IMG/VR virus record: IMGVR_UViG_3300008050_008852
Coordinates: 32,001 to 96,000 of that record
Strand: one strand, 5' to 3'
Length of the DNA stretch: 64,000 nt
Source of the DNA: a virus
Of the stretch, positions 61,485-64,000 are shown piece after piece. Made by a program: the position numbers and the translations under genes. The first letter of the stretch is position 1. Each line of letters starts with the position of its first letter. The notes beneath the pieces were generated by a model, which was not told the DNA's origin, did not search any database, and saw only the letters and a program-made list of their open reading frames with translations.

Positions 61485-62144
61485 ATGGCACGTCTTTTTA
61501 TAACACCTCGCGAAGTTGATTTAATATCTGACATTACAAAAGAAGTAATGAAAGATGTTATAGGTCAAAAAGTGTATTATTATAGAGTTCGTGAAGAATA
61601 TTCTAATGTACATGATGTTTATGAAGAGGCCCCAGAAAAAATATTTGATCCACCAGTAGAAATTGATGCATTAATTGAATGGGACAGCTCAAAGGTTTCC
61701 ACCAACAACTTCGGTACAGAAAAATACCAAAAAATAATAGTACATATTCAACATCGTGATGTTTTAAGTAAAGATATTGTCATCAGAGAAGGTGATTATT
61801 TAAGTTATGGTACAAACTTTTTTGAGTTAACAACTGTAGAAGCAGATCAGCTTATATTTGGGCAAATTGAATATATTACTGGATATAAAATAACATGTAC
61901 TCAAGCACGAATTGGACAGATCGATAAAATACCAATAGGGCCAACAGGTGAAGAGTATTCTGATGATGGTTCTACACAAGATACGTTTGTACAACAACGA
62001 GGTTTGAAAGAAAATCGCCTTGGTGAAACCGGAGATGTTAGAGACCTTATCAAGAAAGGTAAACTAGAAGCACCAGAAAAACCTACGGAAGTATCAACTA
62101 AAGCTGATCCGAAAAAACTTGAACCTTCATTTTATAACGAGTAA
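61485..62144 (+). CDS. Neck/head-closure protein (T4 gp14-like)
   Basis: EVMKDVIGQKVYYY...DVYEEA...IREGDYL...FFEL; follows the gp13-like gene. Confidence 0.7.
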   Translation: MARLFITPREVDLISDITKEVMKDVIGQKVYYYRVREEYSNVHDVYEEAPEKIFDPPVEIDALIEWDSSKVSTNNFGTEKYQKIIVHIQHRDVLSKDIVIREGDYLSYGTNFFELTTVEADQLIFGQIEYITGYKITCTQARIGQIDKIPIGPTGEEYSDDGSTQDTFVQQRGLKENRLGETGDVRDLIKKGKLEAPEKPTEVSTKADPKKLEPSFYNE

Positions 62145-62148
62145 TTAA

Positions 62149-63408
62149 GTGAGCACATTTCAACAAACACATGCAAGTAATAATGAGAAAGGGATATCTA
62201 AAGATCCTGATTTCACTATACCGTCATGTACAATAGAAGATGTTGATCGTGCAATTTTTCAATTGTTTGATAAAGATATTGATTTATTCTATACACACGA
62301 TTCAGCAATAACAAGAGTCCCTGTTGTATTTGCGACTGGTGAACGTTTTGCTATTTTGGCTAGAAATAAACCTCTTCGTGACAAGAACGACGCCCTCATC
62401 CTGCCATTGATATCGATTGCAAGGGGTACAATACAGAAAGATATGTCAAGGGGGACCAGCACAAATCAGGCTGCCCCTGTTACAATCAAGCGCCGCTTAA
62501 GTACTAGTGATCCTGCATATCAACAAATTATAAATAAAGAATCCATAAAGAATCAAGATAATCGAGCCCATAGCTCTCATAAGGCTGGTATATCTGGTAC
62601 AGGTATAACGTCTGGCTCAATTGCAACACGTAGAAATTTAAGTGAAACAAATGCCATATATCGTTCCGGAAGGCTTCTTGAACAAACTGGTAAAAATAAT
62701 ATTTATGAAATTTTAGAATTACCAAACGTAAAATATTATACGGCAACATATGATATTACTATTTGGACACAATATACACAACAGATGAATGATCTTATCA
62801 TGGCATTTATAAATTCTACTCATACTGGCTCAAAGGTATCGTTTAGAATTGAAACCGATAAGGGCTACTATTTTGTTGCTTATTTAGATGGTGATATTTC
62901 TCCATCAAGTAATTTTGACGATTTTACAGACTCTGAACGGCTAGTTAGATATGCATTTACGATGTCTGTTCCAGCTTATATAGTAAACCCTAATTATGCC
63001 GGTTCAAGAAATGAAATTAGAAGATTTATATCGGCACCTCAAATATCATTTGATATTACAGCCGTCAACGCACCGCTAACATCAAAGAATATTGTTGGTG
63101 TTCCAAGCGGAAAATCAGAAAGTTATGCGCTTAATGAACTAAATACTAAAGATATGCCTCTTCCAGGCCAATCAGTAGCAGAAAATAGTCAAGCGGATAT
63201 TAATGAGTATTATGACTCCGCGGCTCTTGGTGGAGCAAAATCAGGCCGCGAAAGAGTTGAAGTTGTTAGGACTTTTATTGATCCTGTCTCCGGAGAGGCA
63301 ATTAGTGAAGTTCTTCCATTCAAGCAAAGGAATGCCCGAAAGGGCGAAACTGTGTATCAAGCACAATTAACAGATGATTTAGGTACAATAACTGTTGTAC
63401 CGGAGTAG
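62149..63408 (+). CDS. Tail terminator/completion protein (T4 gp15-like)
   Basis: RVPVVFATGERF...LILPLISI...YDITIWTQYTQQMNDLI...ERLVRYAFTMSVPAYI; sits between the neck and sheath genes. Confidence 0.72.
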   Translation: MSTFQQTHASNNEKGISKDPDFTIPSCTIEDVDRAIFQLFDKDIDLFYTHDSAITRVPVVFATGERFAILARNKPLRDKNDALILPLISIARGTIQKDMSRGTSTNQAAPVTIKRRLSTSDPAYQQIINKESIKNQDNRAHSSHKAGISGTGITSGSIATRRNLSETNAIYRSGRLLEQTGKNNIYEILELPNVKYYTATYDITIWTQYTQQMNDLIMAFINSTHTGSKVSFRIETDKGYYFVAYLDGDISPSSNFDDFTDSERLVRYAFTMSVPAYIVNPNYAGSRNEIRRFISAPQISFDITAVNAPLTSKNIVGVPSGKSESYALNELNTKDMPLPGQSVAENSQADINEYYDSAALGGAKSGRERVEVVRTFIDPVSGEAISEVLPFKQRNARKGETVYQAQLTDDLGTITVVPE

Positions 63409-63462
63409 AATAATGAAGTTTAATGAGATAATTACTATTGAAGAATTAAAAGGAGCTCAATA

Positions 63463-64000
63463 ATGGCTGAACAAACTTTTCGATCACCCGGATTTTTTGA
63501 GAGAGAAATCGATCTATCCGGACGTACGATTGAACCAACTGGTACACCTGCTGGTGTTATCGGAACATCAGAGCGAGGACCTGCATTTATTCCAGTAACT
63601 GTAGGTTCAATCGAAGACTTCACTGCACGCTTCGGCGATCTGGATCCAAATTTGGCTGGACCATATGCTGTGAATGAATACTTAAAGCATAAAGATGCTG
63701 TTACATTTATGAGGGTTCTAGGAGCCGGTTCAAATGATACAGAATCTGAGATATCTGCAACAAAGACATATGGCATAGTTTCTAAGGCGGGTTTTAAACT
63801 CACAGATGTAGCAACTACCATCGGCGTCGCCTCAACTGCATGGGGTCACGGCGCGCCATTGTTTCTAATGGCTCAACATTACGTATCAACATCAGTTGAA
63901 TCAATGTCACTACCAGAATTTACTGATAACAGTTCTTTCCCAAACCTTGGGGCTGGTGATAATACGGTTAACTTGTTAAGAGGCGTAATATTTCCAACAA
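63463..64000 (+). CDS. Contractile tail sheath protein (gp18-like), truncated by the window end
   Basis: MAEQTFRSPGFFEREIDLS...AGVIGTSERGPAFIPVTV...F.ARFG...FMRVLG, the typical sheath N-terminus; AGGAG RBS. Absent from the ORF track because there is no stop in the window. Confidence 0.92.
   Translation, partial: MAEQTFRSPGFFEREIDLSGRTIEPTGTPAGVIGTSERGPAFIPVTVGSIEDFTARFGDLDPNLAGPYAVNEYLKHKDAVTFMRVLGAGSNDTESEISATKTYGIVSKAGFKLTDVATTIGVASTAWGHGAPLFLMAQHYVSTSVESMSLPEFTDNSSFPNLGAGDNTVNLLRGVIFPT

Noticed and set aside
846-62749. Many short minus-strand and alternative-frame ORFs in the track
   Set aside because: They overlap long + strand genes, mostly or entirely, and show no recognisable motifs.
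63435-63821. Minus-strand 128-aa ORF
   Set aside because: Antisense shadow of the clearly recognisable tail sheath gene starting at 63463 on the + strand.
151-64000. Bacterial contractile injection system (eCIS/tailocin) or eukaryotic giant virus
   Set aside because: Terminase, portal, protease, scaffold and a gp23-type capsid are present together with SD-led operons, which indicates a tailed phage.

Overview
This window is a 64-kb, AT-rich, densely packed + strand segment of a large T4-like (myovirus-type, probably jumbo) phage genome read in the standard genetic code. Gene order: a baseplate module (spike/hub candidate, gp25-like, gp6-like, LamG proteins); very large Gly/Ser/Thr-rich fibre proteins; a second baseplate-like block; a DNA-metabolism island (RuvC-like resolvase, primase, split Mre11 with its C-terminal half fused to Rad50); then a head module (terminase large subunit, portal, gp21-like protease, small head proteins, scaffold, gp23-like capsid), neck and tail-terminator genes, and the start of the tail sheath. 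All calls come from motif recognition by eye; no database was searched. The signals most worth following up are: (1) a [S/T]-G-S tripeptide enriched in unrelated exterior virion proteins and absent from enzymes and internal head proteins, a candidate virion glycosylation or modification sequon; (2) an Mre11 nuclease domain broken by one in-frame stop, with an acidic tail and basic head at the break; (3) a UAG-repeat array plus hairpin in the leader of a fibre gene, next to a small DUF5659-like gene; (4) a nested in-frame start in the scaffold gene; (5) a recurrent ATAnTTA late-promoter candidate; (6) a duplicated translation-start cassette creating an 18-aa uORF.
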